The position numbers were made by a program, and so were the translations under genes. The notes below the pieces were generated by a model that was not told the DNA's origin, did not search any database, and saw nothing but the letters and a program-made list of their open reading frames with translations. DNA of 64,000 nucleotides, taken from the human T2T-CHM13v2.0 reference genome, Homo sapiens. This document shows, one piece after another, positions 13,571 to 27,714 of this stretch. Where the stretch lies: the NCBI RefSeq assembly GCF_009914755.1, contig NC_060938.1; one strand, 5' to 3'. How positions within the stretch are numbered: the stretch's first letter is position 1; each line of letters opens with the position of its first letter.

Positions 13571-15756
13571 ATAGTTAAAATGAGAGCTAAAAATCAAGGT
13601 GCTGAGATGGCCATCTAAGATCAGCTGGCAGGAGAAGATTCCAGGGACTTCCTAGAGGGAAAAGTATCGTAGAGCAAGAGATCTTGCCAGTTTAATCTTG
13701 ATAGGTTTCTTGAGGCTGGGCTTGTTTCTGGAATAGTCTGATTCAGCCACCCTGGCACAAAAAAAAAGGATAATCTAAAAAGCTGTGACGAGGGTTTCCA
13801 GTCCATCCTGCTGTGGGACCGTCCTTCTCTAGTAGCAGTTTTGAAGACCTTCAGCTTCAAGGAGGAGTGTCTGAGTGACATTTAGTGGGAACATGGGGGC
13901 CAGTGCCTAGGCTCCATCCGCACCCAGAGTTCTTGGATTGTGCCCAGAGATGAGGGGCCCTGAATCTGATTAGTTTAACTACTAAAAGAAACGTGTGTTC
14001 ATTTTGTATCCTGAGCTGCTGGAAGAGAAAGCATCAGCTGTCTAAGGAAGTACTGAACTTGGTATAAATGTTCCTAGGATCTGAGTTCCTTATTTTCTGG
14101 GGAATCCTCACCAAAGGGTGTGATGGGGCAAACTGGGATCCATTTGCATATGTGAATCCTTCACTCTAGCACGACACTCATCCTAGATGTGAAAACGTCC
14201 CATACCCTAAACTACAAAACCTGGATGGGCACTTAAAGGTCACACGTGTGCACATGCACACACACACACATAGATGAAGAATGAGGCCAGAGAGGGAAGG
14301 ACTTGGCCAAGGTGGCACAGCAATGGAACTCATCATTAGGATTCCGAGAGGGAGATAATAATGAGAGCGTCTCAGAGCTACAAAAGTGGGAAATGAACTC
14401 CTGCAGCCATTCGACCAGGAAGATGGTGGGAAATCATTCTTCCCAAAGACAGATAAGCCAGTCCCCAAGGAAGCAGGGCCCATCAAGGATATCCTGATGA
14501 CTGTCACTCCAAGAGGCTTGCTCCAACCCCTGGAGCCCACCTCCTAATTCAACAAATGAGGAAAATGGCAGAAAAGCAAATGCAGCCACCAGAGCAGAAG
14601 GCATGAGGAGGTGGGACCAGGTGGTCCCAGGATTGATGGGGAAATCAATTTGTCCTGGGAAAAAAGTGCCAAACCAAGTATCCCAAAGTCCTCCATGTCT
14701 GTTCTGAGGGAACAGAGATGGAGCTGGACATGTGGACTGATGGAAGGAACAGTGACTGGCACCCAAGGACTGGACCCTAGAAACCTGAGGAATCTTGGCC
14801 AGGTCAATGACTGTCCCTTCAAGTCTGTGCCCCCATCTGTGACATGAAGCCTCTGGACTATCTGATCTCAAAGTGCCATCCAGCTCTGAGTGTCATCTTC
14901 TCTGCAGAGAGGTCAGCAGGGATGGGCATGAGCCAAATGGGGAAAGAAGCACCGGCTGGGGAAGGACGAGGAAGAAGGCATCCGGGGACAGCTGTGCCTC
15001 TGCACCTCAGGCTCCATCTCCAAGGAGCCGGGTCTTCTCTCCATGCCTCTGCTTCCTCATCAGCAAAATGAAAAGGAAAGTCTCCACCCTGATTACCTCG
15101 CAGAATTTCATTAGGATCCAAGCATAATGCTTTACCAACTGTCAGACGCTAGGCACATGCACAGGTGGGCTTTTCTTAAAATTGCGCTTTTAGTTAATTG
15201 GATAGAGAATCAAGAGATACAGACTCCAGTCTTGTGATCATGGAGGAGCCACTTTTCTCTGGCCTCAGTGTCTCCTTGTTCCACGGGAGGCTGGACCACC
15301 GATGATCCTGAAAACTCCTTGAAGCTCGTGTGTTGTCATTTCCATCAACCAGATAGTCTCTCACCTGAGCCTAAAATGCTCTGGAAGGCTGGTAGGGCTG
15401 GTGCTGGAGTCCTGAGTGCTCTGATCGCAGAGCCTGGACTGGCCATGTTGAGGCACTGATGCTTCTAGCTCCCTTTCTCAGACTCCACAGTGGTAGTGGG
15501 GGAAGATAGGAGAGTGTTTGCTGTGTCGTAGTATTTAGGATTGCCCACTAAGCTATTGCATTTGTGTTTTATTTGACTCTAAGTGCCATGTGATGAATAA
15601 ATATTCCCAGAGGAGGCATCTGTCTTACTCATTCTGGCTGTAGCTCACGTATGTGTCCATCTTGGCCCACTTGAATTGTAAATCATTTTAGGTAGGTGGA
15701 AAGAAGTGGATCCTAAGCCATCTGTCCATTTTAACTCCAGCACTCTCTTTAATCAT

Positions 15757-16398
15757 TGTATTTTTAATTTTTATGTTTAAATTAAATTTAATTTATTTAA
15801 TTGACAAATAACAATTGTACACACTCATGGGGTACATAGGGATGTTTCAATACATATGATGTGGAGTGATCAGATCAGGATACTTAACACAGCCATCACC
15901 TCAAACGTTTATCATTTCCTTGTGTTGGTAACATTCAGTATCCTCCTTCTAGCTACTTGAAACTACGCAATGTATTACTGGGTTTTTGTGGTTTTGTTTT
16001 GTTTTGTTTGAGACAAGGTCTCACTCTATCACACAGGCTGGAGCACAGTGGCGTGATCATGGCTCACAGCAGCCTCAACCTCCTGGGCTCGAGAGATCCT
16101 CCCACCTCAGGGCTACAGGCACGTGCCACCATGCCTGTCTAATTTGTGTATTTTTGTAGAGATGGGGTTTCAACATGTTGCCCGGGCTGGTCTCAAACTC
16201 CTGAGCTGAAGAGATCTGCCCACCTCAGCCTCCCAAAGTGCTGGGATTGCAGGCATGAGCTACCACACCTGGCCAAAGTATTATGGTTAACTATAGTCAT
16301 CCCACAGTGCTCTAGGATGCTAGAACTTATTCCTCCTAACTAGCTGTGATTTTGTATCCTTTAACAAATCTCCCCCATCCCTCCCTTTCCCCTAACCA
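15757..16398 (-). mobile_element. Short L1MA 3'-end insertion carrying an AluJ
   Basis: AATTGACAAATAACAATTGTAC...ATGGGGTACA and CTAGAACTTATTCCTCCTAAC; flanked by a CATTGTATT duplication. Confidence 0.85.
15983..16274 (-). mobile_element. AluJ with a small internal deletion
   Basis: J-type right arm; AA(T/A)GTATTA duplication. Confidence 0.9.
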
Positions 16399-17384
16399 TT
16401 GTATTCTTTTAACCCATGAAGACTATCCTCTAGGGGGATGATACAAAACAAGACTTCATAGAATACTGTGGAATTTTGTCAGGGTTTCTTAACCTTGGCT
16501 ATTGTCCTACGGAATGTGATGGGGCTCTACGCAATGTCCTGGGTGACACTGATGGGGTTCCAGGAAGGCTGGTGAGGGATCACCGAGCATTTCACAAGTT
16601 GGGGGAGCACTCCCACGAGATCTGGGATGGGGAAGCCAAGAAGAGCCAGGCTTGTGAATAAGGTGGATGCAGGGGGCAGCCAGGGTGGGGCTCAGAGTTG
16701 GCCAGGCCCAGACCCGACACACAGGAGAAGCTCAGTTGAGCTGTAGGTACAGACAGTAGAGTCGGGTCAAAGTGGAGACGGAGGGACCAGAGCATTCTAG
16801 AAGACAGTGAAGGAAGGGGCTCTGCCAGGCCGGGGCAGAGGCAAAGGCAGAAGAGCCAGGAAGCACTTGTCCCCAAAGACAATCGAAGACCTCCCTGGAG
16901 ACTAACAGAATGAGCACTTGGATCTGGACAGCTCACTACATAAAGGAAAAAGATGATGATTACATTCCTGCCACATCCATGTCCTCATGCCGCTCCTCAT
17001 TCTTATTGTTTCAACCTGCAACCCCCACCACAAGTCACAAGCCAGTCAGTCACCCCTCCTCCCACCTCTTCCCGCCCTACAAGGCCGGTTCTGCACAGAG
17101 GCCTCACGGTCAGGTGGCAGCACCAAGACCCTCAAGAAGGTGAGAGTGGGGCCAGGACGTCACTCCATATTCCAAAGGACTGAATGGATTCCATTTCAAC
17201 CATGTTCCAGCCTTGCAAATACATGCTTCCAACTTTCATCGGCCTGGCCACATCATCTACAGCAGCACCCACTAATTATATGTATCTTTGCTTAAAAATC
17301 CCAGACAGCAAATCAAATATTCTCCTTAAATTTTATTGTGTTCAGTAGACTTTCTTTCCCCCCCACCAAAAACATGAGTTTCCT

Positions 17385-17449
17385 GGTGATGGTGGTGGCG
17401 GTGGTGGTGGTGGTGGTGGTGGTGGTGGTGGCGGTGGTGGTGGTGGTGG
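17385..17449. repeat. (GGT)n microsatellite with GGC interruptions
   Basis: Directly visible, ~21 triplets. Confidence 0.97.
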
Positions 17450-18511
17450 AGATGGATTAAGCCAAAAGGGAACCAATGGCCCTTATCCTAAACCCCTACC
17501 AGACTCTGAGACCTGGAGAACAGGGGCAGCCCCTGCTTCCTCACTGGGCGCCAAGATGACCCACACAAGACCTCGAAGGCTGTTGCAAGCACCACAGATA
17601 CATTCATTTAATGAGCGAATGTGGGCCCCAGGTTGCAGTTTCTTGCTCCTAACTCCTAACGTGGACACACAGCCCCCAATAAAGTCACCTTGCTGCACAC
17701 AGGCATACACACACCACACAAGCCCTCCAGCCCACAGACCTTTTGGACTTCCCTAGAAGGGTCTTACATAGACTTATGCACAGAAACAACAGCTTTGGGC
17801 AGCCATGGGTGTCCCCCCTTTCCCCTTCCCGCTTTGGGCCCTTCCACCATACACAGCCCATGTGCCTGGCATCACCTCCCTCTCCCCGAGAGGCACCTCA
17901 GTGTGCCCGGCTGCTGCCACCACTTCCGCAGGTCACGGCTGCATTCCCTGGGCAGCATGTCTGCTGGCTCTGAGGGCCGGGAGCTGCAACGTCCTCAGGG
18001 CTTCTCAGAAAGCTCTGGATGATGGCGAGGAGAAGGGAGAAGGGACTGATCCACTTTACCGTTACCTCTTCCACCAAGCAACAGGGTGCTTGAAGAGTCA
18101 GCCCTCATCCAGATGGTCGGACTTTCTGCGCTAGCTAAGTCTGAATGAATGAGGTTTACATTTCTACTCAGTCACTCATCAACAACGTGCCGGTCAAACA
18201 CAATCCCCTGAGCAGTGCCCGCGAACCATTCTTTTGTGACCGACACCATGCTCGGTGCTTTGTGCAGATGAGTTAGTGAATGAGAACCATAATTACTAGG
18301 GTTCAGTCAGCAGAGGAATAAAATGCAGCCATCAGTAATTCAGAAAAGGGCGTTCATGTAAAGCAGCAGTTGGTAAGCTTTTCCCGCAAACAGACAGTTA
18401 ATACTTTTGGCTTTGCGGGCCACACAGTCTATCACAGCTACTCAGCTCTGCCATGGGAATGTGACAGTGGCTATTGACAACAGGCAAATCAATAGATGTG
18501 TGTTCCAATAA

Positions 18512-19017
<506 letters not shown>

Positions 19018-19071
19018 TAGGTTGGAGGCCAGATTTGGCTTATGGGTTGTGGTTCACTGACCCTTCCTTGG

Positions 19072-19495
19072 TTTAGGGTAACGTTAGCTGCTGCCAAAAA
19101 TGCAGCTGAAAATGTACAGCTGGAAGTTTACCTCTCGCTTGTGAAAAGCCCCAGATGGGCATTTCTGGGCAGCAGGCAGCACTCCTCAAAGTTTTGATTG
19201 AGACCCCAGAGTCCTGCTGGCCCTTGGCTCCAGCATCTTCTCCAGGAAGGTTGCTGCGGCCACTATGTGTGGCAGTGTCAAGCCCGTGAAAGGGCAAGGG
19301 ACAGGCTGGAAAGCCCGGCCCGTCAGCCCTTGCCCAGAAGCGATGCCACTGCTCCCTGCAGAACCAAGGTGGACAGGTGGTCACCAGGCTCCTCTGGGAC
19401 GCAGAGAGAGCTGGGAAAATCTCTTCTCAGCTACAACCCCATGCAGAAGGAGGAGGGCATGAGCTCTGGTGCACACTCAGCTCTCTCTGACGCAG
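19072..19495 (-). mobile_element. Degenerate MLT1-like LTR
   Basis: TTAGCTGCTG start, AGAGAGCTGGGAAA and CAGCTCTCTCTG-like terminal motifs. Confidence 0.5.
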
Positions 19496-19849
19496 ACAAT
19501 GGGTAGGTCATTTACTGGAAGCATCTACAAGGCACAGGAGAAATCCTGATGAAGTTGGGAAAGGGCTGTGGTTTGGAAAGCGGGAGGCACTGAAGTCTCA
19601 GGCAGCAGAGAGCAGAGATGGCATGCCCAACCTAGAGCCAGGAGGAGGGAGAGCTGCCGTGCTGAGGGGCAAGGAAATAGGCAGAAGCCCAGGCTCCATC
19701 TTTAAGACAAAGGAAAGCCACAGGGAGAAAAATTACAAGATCCATATCATAGAAAAATGCTTCCTGTGGCCATCTCGGGGAGAGCTTAGGGAGGAACAAG
19801 ATTGGCGGCAGGGGAATGAGAGTTCTTCCAACAGTCTTCCCAAGCGCTA

Positions 19850-20120
19850 ACGGGGGGTGGGGGGTGGAAACAAGAGAGAGCATTCTAAATGGTTTCAGGA
19901 AGCAAGTCCATAAAGCTAACAGGGGTTGCAGGCACATAGTTTTCTTGGTTGGGTGGTGGGGACTTTCACAGAGATCAGAAAGCTGAGAGGAGCAGATGTG
20001 GGGAGTGGGAATGTTTTTTGGACATGCTGAATTGTAGGTGTCTGAGGAGGATGAGTTTTTTGGACGTGCCAAATGGAAGGTGTCAATCGGACATCCAGGT
20101 GATGGGAGAAAGCTGAGAAA
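19850..20120 (-). mobile_element. L2 fragment
   Basis: TTTTGGACATGCTGAATTG...GGACATCCAGGTG is a typical L2 motif. Confidence 0.65.
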
Positions 20121-21492
20121 CCACATGCCCACTGGCACAGTACTGCCCCAGCTGAGACCCCAGGAGCCATTCTGCAGACCAGGCCAGCAGGTCGTGCACC
20201 CACTGGCCAACCTTTGCTCTGTGGAGCTGTCTGGAGGAAAACCGGGCCGCAGCATGGTGCAGAGGGCATGTCACAATTTACATGGGAGAATATTGATTTC
20301 AAACAGGTGGAAAATACGAGCCAGCGAGGTAGACAGGAAAGAGACCTTGACACCCATTCATCAGGGGCTGCAGATCAAGGAGACCAGATGTTGCTGCACC
20401 AAAATATGCAAGGAATTTCATAATTTATCCTGCAGACAAGAAGAGCCTGTGAAGGCCGGGGCAGGCAGCCTGGAGTCTCAGGTCAGACAGGAACTCTCAG
20501 GCAGTTGGGGGGAGTCAAATGGGGCCGCCCGTTACCAATTGATGACAGGCAGTGTCAGACACACACCTCCACAACGCCTGCTCTGAGGGCAGAAAACTGC
20601 CATGGAAAAGCGGCAACATCTGGATGCGAATGTCCCAAAGATGAGCTTCTGGAGGGATCCTGGTGACCCAGACATTCTGAATAACCCCTCTCTGCTGTGC
20701 TTAGGACCTGAAACCCACAGTTCAAGACAGGCAAGTACAAGTGCTGCTGTCCCACCCCTGCCAGGGCCAGGTCTCCTGGGGGCCCCTTCCCATCTCCCGC
20801 CTTCCTCCCCACACCCAGGCGTAGGGCCTGCTCCCATCATGGGCCTGGGGAGGAGGCCAAGGTTCGAGGTGCAGAGAAGTAGGAATGTGCCCAGCTCCCA
20901 TGCTGGGATACAGTAGAACTCATCTCAGCATAAGCTTTACAGTTACAACCGGGAACTAAACAAGTGATCATTTTAACTTGCTTAAGGAATGAAGGTCTGA
21001 TCAGTGAAAATCTAGGTGGGATCCCAAAGCCCAAGTTTTCCCTATGAAGCTGGACTGGTCCCCACGATGGGAATGTAAGAGGGGCCTGGCTGTTCACACA
21101 AGAGCATGGCACGTTATTTCCTTCCAAATTCAATAACACCAGAGTTATGACATTTGCCATCAGAGTCACACAGTCTCCTGTCCTGTGGAGACTTTGTCCA
21201 GCTTGTTGGGCCTGGGTTTAAATTTTCCTGTGACACCCATAAGGAGAGACCAAGGGCTGTGCACTGGGAATCCCAGCTGGTCAAACTGCTCCTCAAAAGG
21301 GACTTCATTAAAAGTCATCTGCATAACACGGCCCCTCCCCATCCCCAGGCAGCCACGGCCACTACTCTGGAGAGGGTGTCGGCTGCCCAGGTGTTCCATG
21401 GAGATGGGGTCTGAGACACACTCCCTATAGGAGACAGCGACAGAGGTGGGGTCAGCACACAAGTCCCCGAAAGCAATAACACAAAGCCAGCA

Positions 21493-22328
21493 GGTCAGGG
21501 AGAGGGCAAGTGAGTGACCGTCTACATGGTCAGGGGGAGGGCGAGTGAGTGACCATCTGCAGGATCAGGGAGAGGGCGAGTGAGTGACCGTCTACATGGT
21601 CAGGGAGAGGGCGAGTTAGTGACCATCTACATGGTCAGGGAGAGGGCAAGTGAGTGACCATCTACATGGTTAGGGGGAGGGCGAATGAGTGACCGTCTAC
21701 AGGGTCAGGGAGAGGGAGAGTGAGTGACCGTCTACATGATCAGGGAGAGGGCGTGTGAGTGACCGTCGACAGGATCAGGGAGAGGGCGTGTGAGTGATCG
21801 TCCACACGGTCAGGGAGAGGGCGAGTGAGTGACCGTCCACACGGTCAGGGAGAGGGCGAGTGAGTGACCGTCTACACGGTCAGGGAGAGGGCGAGTGACC
21901 GTCTACTCGGTCAGGGAGAGGGCGAGTGAGTGACCGTCTACACGGTCAGGGAGAGGGCGAGTGAGTGACCGTCTACACGGTCAGGGAGAAGGAGTGTGAG
22001 TGACTGTCCACAGGGTCAGGGAGAGGGCGAGTGAGTGACCGTCTACACGGTCAGGGAGAGGGCGAGTGAGTGACCGTCTACTCGGTCAGGGAGAGGGCGA
22101 GTGAGTGACCGTCTACACGGTCAGGGAGAGGGAGCGTGAGTGACCGTCTACACGGTCAGGGAGAGGGCGAGTGAGTGACCGTCTACAGGGTCAGGGAGAG
22201 GGCGAGTGAGTGACCGTCCACACGGTCAGGGAGAGGGCGAGTGAGTGACCGTCCACACGGTCAGGGAGAGGGCGAGTGAGTGACCGTCTACAGGGTCAGG
22301 GAGAGGGCGAGTGAGTGACCGTCTACAA
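21493..22328. repeat. 35-bp G-rich minisatellite, ~24 units, consensus GGTCAGGGAGAGGGCGAGTGAGTGACCGTCTACAC
   Basis: Directly visible tandem array; 5' units are more diverged (CpG decay) and 3' units more homogeneous. Confidence 0.98.
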
Positions 22329-25300
22329 GGCAGACATGGCCTTTCTGCTGCTAAATGGAACCCCCTAGAGGGAAGAGCCTCTGCCCACCCCGTGCCTGGC
22401 AGGCAGCAGGTGCCCACAAGCCTCCGTGGAGGGGATGCAGGCGGGTGGGTTGAAGACTGTGACCAGGACAGGGGGAAGCAAGAAGGGCCCCCAGTGGCAA
22501 GGCTTTGGTAGGAAGGAGCAGATTCCAGGGAGGGATACCCAGCCCTCTGGAGCAGTAGAGGTCCCCGGTGTGATCTGCCTTGGTGGATCTTTGAGAGGAC
22601 AGCCCGAAGCCCAAGTTCTGGGTGGGCCCTGATCCTGCTCATCTCACGCTAACATGGGTGCCTCTCCTGGTCCCCACAGCCCCTGGGCACCCTCTCCCAC
22701 AACCTGACTCCATACCACGTTCTGGCCCATTTTCTGACTCCCTCACAAGGCTGGGGCTTCCATGGACACAAGGGCTGTGTCCCCCAGCCCCACATAGGGC
22801 TGGTCACATGGGGGGTTCATGTTGAGTGAACAAGAGAAGGAATGGAGCGGCTGTGCAGAACTTTGGAAGACGTGTGGGTGGAATGGGACTCAATGAAAGA
22901 GGAAGAGGCGGAAGGAGGCGAGGCCCCCTCCTCCTCTGCCCCCCACGGACCCCTCATCCTGAGTGGCTGGGCCCCAGCAAGTGAGCGGCAGACCAGCAGC
23001 GTCCTGACTGCTGGGAGCGATGACTCAGCTGCCATCTGTTACTTAATGAGAAGATGGCAAGCCAATTGGCGTGCTCCCCCGCTCTCTTTAATATGGCACA
23101 TCGAAAAATGTGACTTTAGTGATCTATCTTTTAATGATTCTGACTTGCTCACTCTTACTTCTTTTAATTCAGCAGCAAATAAGCCTGTGATTTGCCCAGG
23201 AATCCCAACAGGGGATTCTTTTGATTTTATGTTGGGGGTTTGGGTCTTTTTTTAGGGGACAGGAAGGCTTTGCCAGGGTTACACCTTCCTCACTCTGCCA
23301 TCAGAAGGAGCCCGTTCCATCCCAGGGTTTGTTCTTTGAATCACAACGAAATGGGACCCAGGAAAGTCCCACAACCCAGCTCACTTCAGAGAGGACAATC
23401 TACAGGCGACAAGCTGGCCTTGCAGTGTGAAGCCGAGGCCACACCGTCAGGGAAGGTGGGGAGACCAGGGTCCCAGGCTGCACCTGAGCCTGCACGACCT
23501 GGGGAAGGCCTCTCCCCTTCTCCAGCCTCCAGTTCTCTGGCTGGAGAAGGGAACGGGCCTGGCTGATCCCAGGGTCCTGAGGTTTGATGCTGAGTGTAGG
23601 AGAGTTCTTCTGGGCAGGTTTTCTAGTGTTTGGATGGGCACCTGCCTCCTTTGGGAACTAGGCAATGTTTAAGAGTGGACCCTGCCTCCACCTCATGTGT
23701 CTTATATGGCCTTGGGCAAGTCCCTGGGTTCAAGTCTGTAAATTGGGAAGGGCGATGGTGCCCACCTACCTGGCAAAGCCCTGGGGAATGAACACATCCA
23801 TTCGCACAGGTGCTTGGCCCACTGACAGGGAAAAGGAGGCACCCTGAGACATCGGCTGCAGGCTATGACCACCCGCTCTTCTCGGTGAGCAGAGCCCAGC
23901 AGAAGGACGTCTGGCCAAGAAGTGGTGGCCGTGTGCACAACTCAGCCAGAGGAGGGGGCACAGCCCTGTCACCAGGAACATCCCCTCACCTCCCTAGGCA
24001 CTGGCCTGACTTTGGCCTGGCCTCTCCTGTGACCCCAGGATTTGGAGAAAAGTCTCAGGGAAGGGCTGACTGACTACCTGGGCTAGATCCTCACCCCTGG
24101 ACCAGTCAGCTGTGGTCAGAAGGCAGATTGTCCAAGAACAGTCTGTTCCCAGGGATCGTCTAGCCCCAGGGTTTTCTGGCCATAGCTTCAAGCTCAGGAG
24201 GCCACAGCCTGTAGCAAAAACAAGGGTTTGGGAGCACAACAAACCAGGGTTTGAGTCTGTTTCTCGGCTTGGGATGGAGACATCTTTGAGACTCAGTTTC
24301 CCCATCTGTTCAGCTGGCAAGCCCACTCACCGCTGGCATGAGGAATTAATGAAATAATGAGGGGCTAGGCCATGGCGAAAAATCAGGGGCTCACCGTGTC
24401 TCCAAAAGGGCTGACCGGCTTTTCCTTGCTCTTGACAAATGTGGCCCCTGAGCGTCCAGGTGCGGTGCCCCTCCACTCCCAGCACGGAGTCCCCCTCTAC
24501 CTTCAAGCTGGCCACCAGCGCCTCCCTCCCCTGTCTGGACAGAGGGCCCGTGGGGGTGCTGAGATCTGGCCACGTGCTCTGCCTCAGTCCAAAAGCCACA
24601 CTCACGTGACCATCGACAGTGGATTGATGAAATTAAGCACAGATGGCTACTTTGTTGTTGTTCTTTGAACTGACAGCTGCTGGTATAAAAATAAATTAAA
24701 TTAAATTTCACAGAAGTCAGACTTTTTTTTGTATTTTTTTTTAAAAATGATCTAAGTTTTTCTGTGTTGTTGTCGTTAAATTGTTTTCTTTCTTTTTAAC
24801 ATACGGAGGCAGAGAAAACTCCAGGGCAGCAGAAACAAGAATTGCAAGGAGAAGCTCCAGTGCGACCCCAGGATTTGGAGACAACCCCATCCAACCCTCC
24901 CATAGCCCACAGCCCTCAGAGCTCCGGAAGGCCACGGAGCTGCCAGGTTCCAATCTTGACTTCTTTGTCTTTCAAGCTAAGGGCCAGGATGTCAAAACAG
25001 TCCTGGGTTTGCAGCCAGGTTTGGACACCCACTCACCCTGCGACCTTGGGCAAGTCATTTTCTTCCTCTGCACCTCATTTTCCTCGCCCGTAAAAAGGGG
25101 ATAATAACAGCGCCTCCCTGAGGACAGTCATCGTGCCTGGCACCTAAGCACTCAGCTGCAGTTCTTGGCTTATTATTATTGGCTGCATGACCTTGAGTAA
25201 ATAGAGAATCTTTACTCAGTGAAAGGATTCTGAGAGAAGTCTCCAGCCCGCCTGTCTCACAGCAGGCTCTGGAATCTCAGTGCCCCCATAGCTGGTCTCA

Positions 25301-25419
25301 CCCACCCTCTCCACCCACCTCCCTTCCCTCTTCACACCCTGGGCCCCTGGCCGGCGCTAGGCACAGCCATTTGCACACAGAGAAGAAATAGGAGGCTTGG
25401 TGGTCTGGGAGCCTGGAGC

Positions 25420-25890
25420 AGACATCTATTCTCTGCCCAGCCCTCCCTCCCATGTGCCCAGAAACTCCCTTCCCCTTCCCCATGGTTAAGCCAGGTGCAG
25501 CCTGTTCTTGGACAACCTGCCTTCTGGCCACAGCTTACTGGTCCATAGGTGAGCATCTAACCTAGGTAGCCAATCACCCTGTCCCTGAGATGTTGCTAAT
25601 GAGAACTGAGAAAGAGAGAGAGCCACCTTGCATGGAGTGGCAAGCTACAAACCTTCGGAGCTGCCCGTGGCATATTTCCTGCCATGTGGAAGAAGGTGGT
25701 CTGGAGAGAGAGTGAGGCTGGCCAAGAGAAGGACAGAGATGAGAGAGGAGGGACGGGCCCCGGTTTCACTCCTTCCTGCATCCTTCCTGAGTCCTCGCCC
25801 TTCCCGCAACTCAGGGGCTCTGCTCAGCCATGGGCCTCTCTTTCTGCCTCCGTGGCTCCAGTCAGGCTGTCGTCACTGTGACCAAATTGC
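25420..25890 (+). mobile_element. Old ERVL-class LTR (LTR33/LTR16-like)
   Basis: CTGGCCACAG...TGGTCCA...GCCAATCA and GCCATGTGGAAGAAG motifs. Confidence 0.55.
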
Positions 25891-25977
25891 TCTACTTGTC
25901 CCTCGCTAGCCAGTGGAGGGGGACAGCAGGGCAGGGCTGCAGATTAAGAATGGAGGACTCTCCAAAAAGGGAGAGGC

Positions 25978-26297
<320 letters not shown>

Positions 26298-27357
26298 GGG
26301 AGAGGCCAGTCCTAACGGGGAGAGTCCACACTGCCTGGAGAAGGTGGTACCAGCACTGAGACAGAGGAGAGGAGGAGGGGGCGTCCATGCAGAAGGAGCA
26401 GCGTGAGCAGCGCAGGAAGGTGGGGAGCTCAGGAAGCCGTGCACATGCTCGGGGTGCTCGCGGGTGCGCGGGAACAGTGGGGAGGAGGCCTGGGAGGTGG
26501 ACAGGCCAGACCAGGAGAGGCCCAACACCACAGAAGGAACAAATGTTTAGCTTCTGCCCAGGATGGCAAGAGCACCCGCACACACTGCTCCTCCCACCCG
26601 GCCCAGGCAGGCGCTTCCAACTGGCCCAAGTATTATTTCCCACTCAGGTGGGGCGCGGCTTCAGAGCCCCACTTCAGGATTACAGCTCCAGGTGCCACGC
26701 TGCAAGTAGCTACCGCCAACTGGTTAGAGTCGGCACAGGGGGCACAATCTATTTGCCAGCCCTGTCACCCGGGATAGGAAAGCTCACTACACACACTCAC
26801 TCCCCCTCCCCAGCCCAGGGCACGACATGGTCTTGTGTGGGTGATAGCAGGGGCACTGCTGACTTCTGGGAGGCAGCCAGGGAGGTGTCAAGGAGGAGGC
26901 AACTGCACTAAACCAGAAAGCCACGGCCCAAGTGGAGAGGCAAAGATGGGGAGAGGGGAGACAGGAGGAGGCTTCAGGGCTTGGCTCCTGGCTGAGGAGG
27001 AGGAAGAACTGGGGCCTAGAGGCAGGATTTAGTTTGGGCCAATAACAGCTTTGCAGTTAACCTGTGACCCCTCGAGGTGCCGCATTTCCAAGCTAAACCC
27101 CAGGGCTGGGTCTCAAGGCCCCACATTTCCCAGGGAAGATTTCTAGAGCCCCTTCGAAGCCAAAGGACCCCAGGGTAGCCCAATGGATGGGTGGATTTAT
27201 ACACAGAGGGCTTAAGGTTAGGAAAGAAGGTGAATTTCCCAAAAAGAAGAGTTCACCTGCCCCCAGAAAACACCTTTCTAAGACTCTAAAGATATGACAG
27301 GGACACTCGCCTGAATTTGGACAAGCCCCTGCCCTCATTAAGCCTCCAACTGGTGTC

Positions 27358-27714
27358 TGTCTTTGTCTATTCTGGTGCTATAATAAAATACCTTAGACTA
27401 GGTGACTTATAAACAGAAATTTGTTTCTCACAGTTCTGGAGGCTGGCAAGTCCAAGGTCAGAGCCCTGGTGGATGCAGCATCTGCTGAAGGCAGCTTCCT
27501 GGTTCACAGACATCCATCTTGCTGAGCCCTCAAACAGCAAAAGGGTGAGGGGCTTGCTGGGGTCCCTTTTACAAGAGCAGTAACCCCCTCCATGAGGTAA
27601 CCCCACCCTCATGACTCAGTCCCCTCCCAAAGGCCCCACCTCCTGATGCCATCTCCTTGGGGGTTAGGATTTCAACATCTGAATTTGGGGGGCACACACA
27701 TGCAGTCTGGAGCA
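27358..27714 (-). mobile_element. MLT1A/MST-type MaLR solo LTR
   Basis: TTTCTCACAGTTCTGGAGGCTGGCAAGTCCAAG and CCCAAAGGCCCCACCTCCT...GGGGGTTAGGATTTCAACAT. Confidence 0.88.

Noticed and set aside
21493-22328. CRISPR-like array (35-bp palindromic repeats)
   Set aside because: The units are head-to-tail with no unique spacers, there are no cas genes, and the context is primate DNA. It is a minisatellite.
22842-23255. 137-aa ORF with an acidic N-terminus
   Set aside because: No recognisable domain or convincing splice context; the 3' half is better explained as a TF-motif cluster
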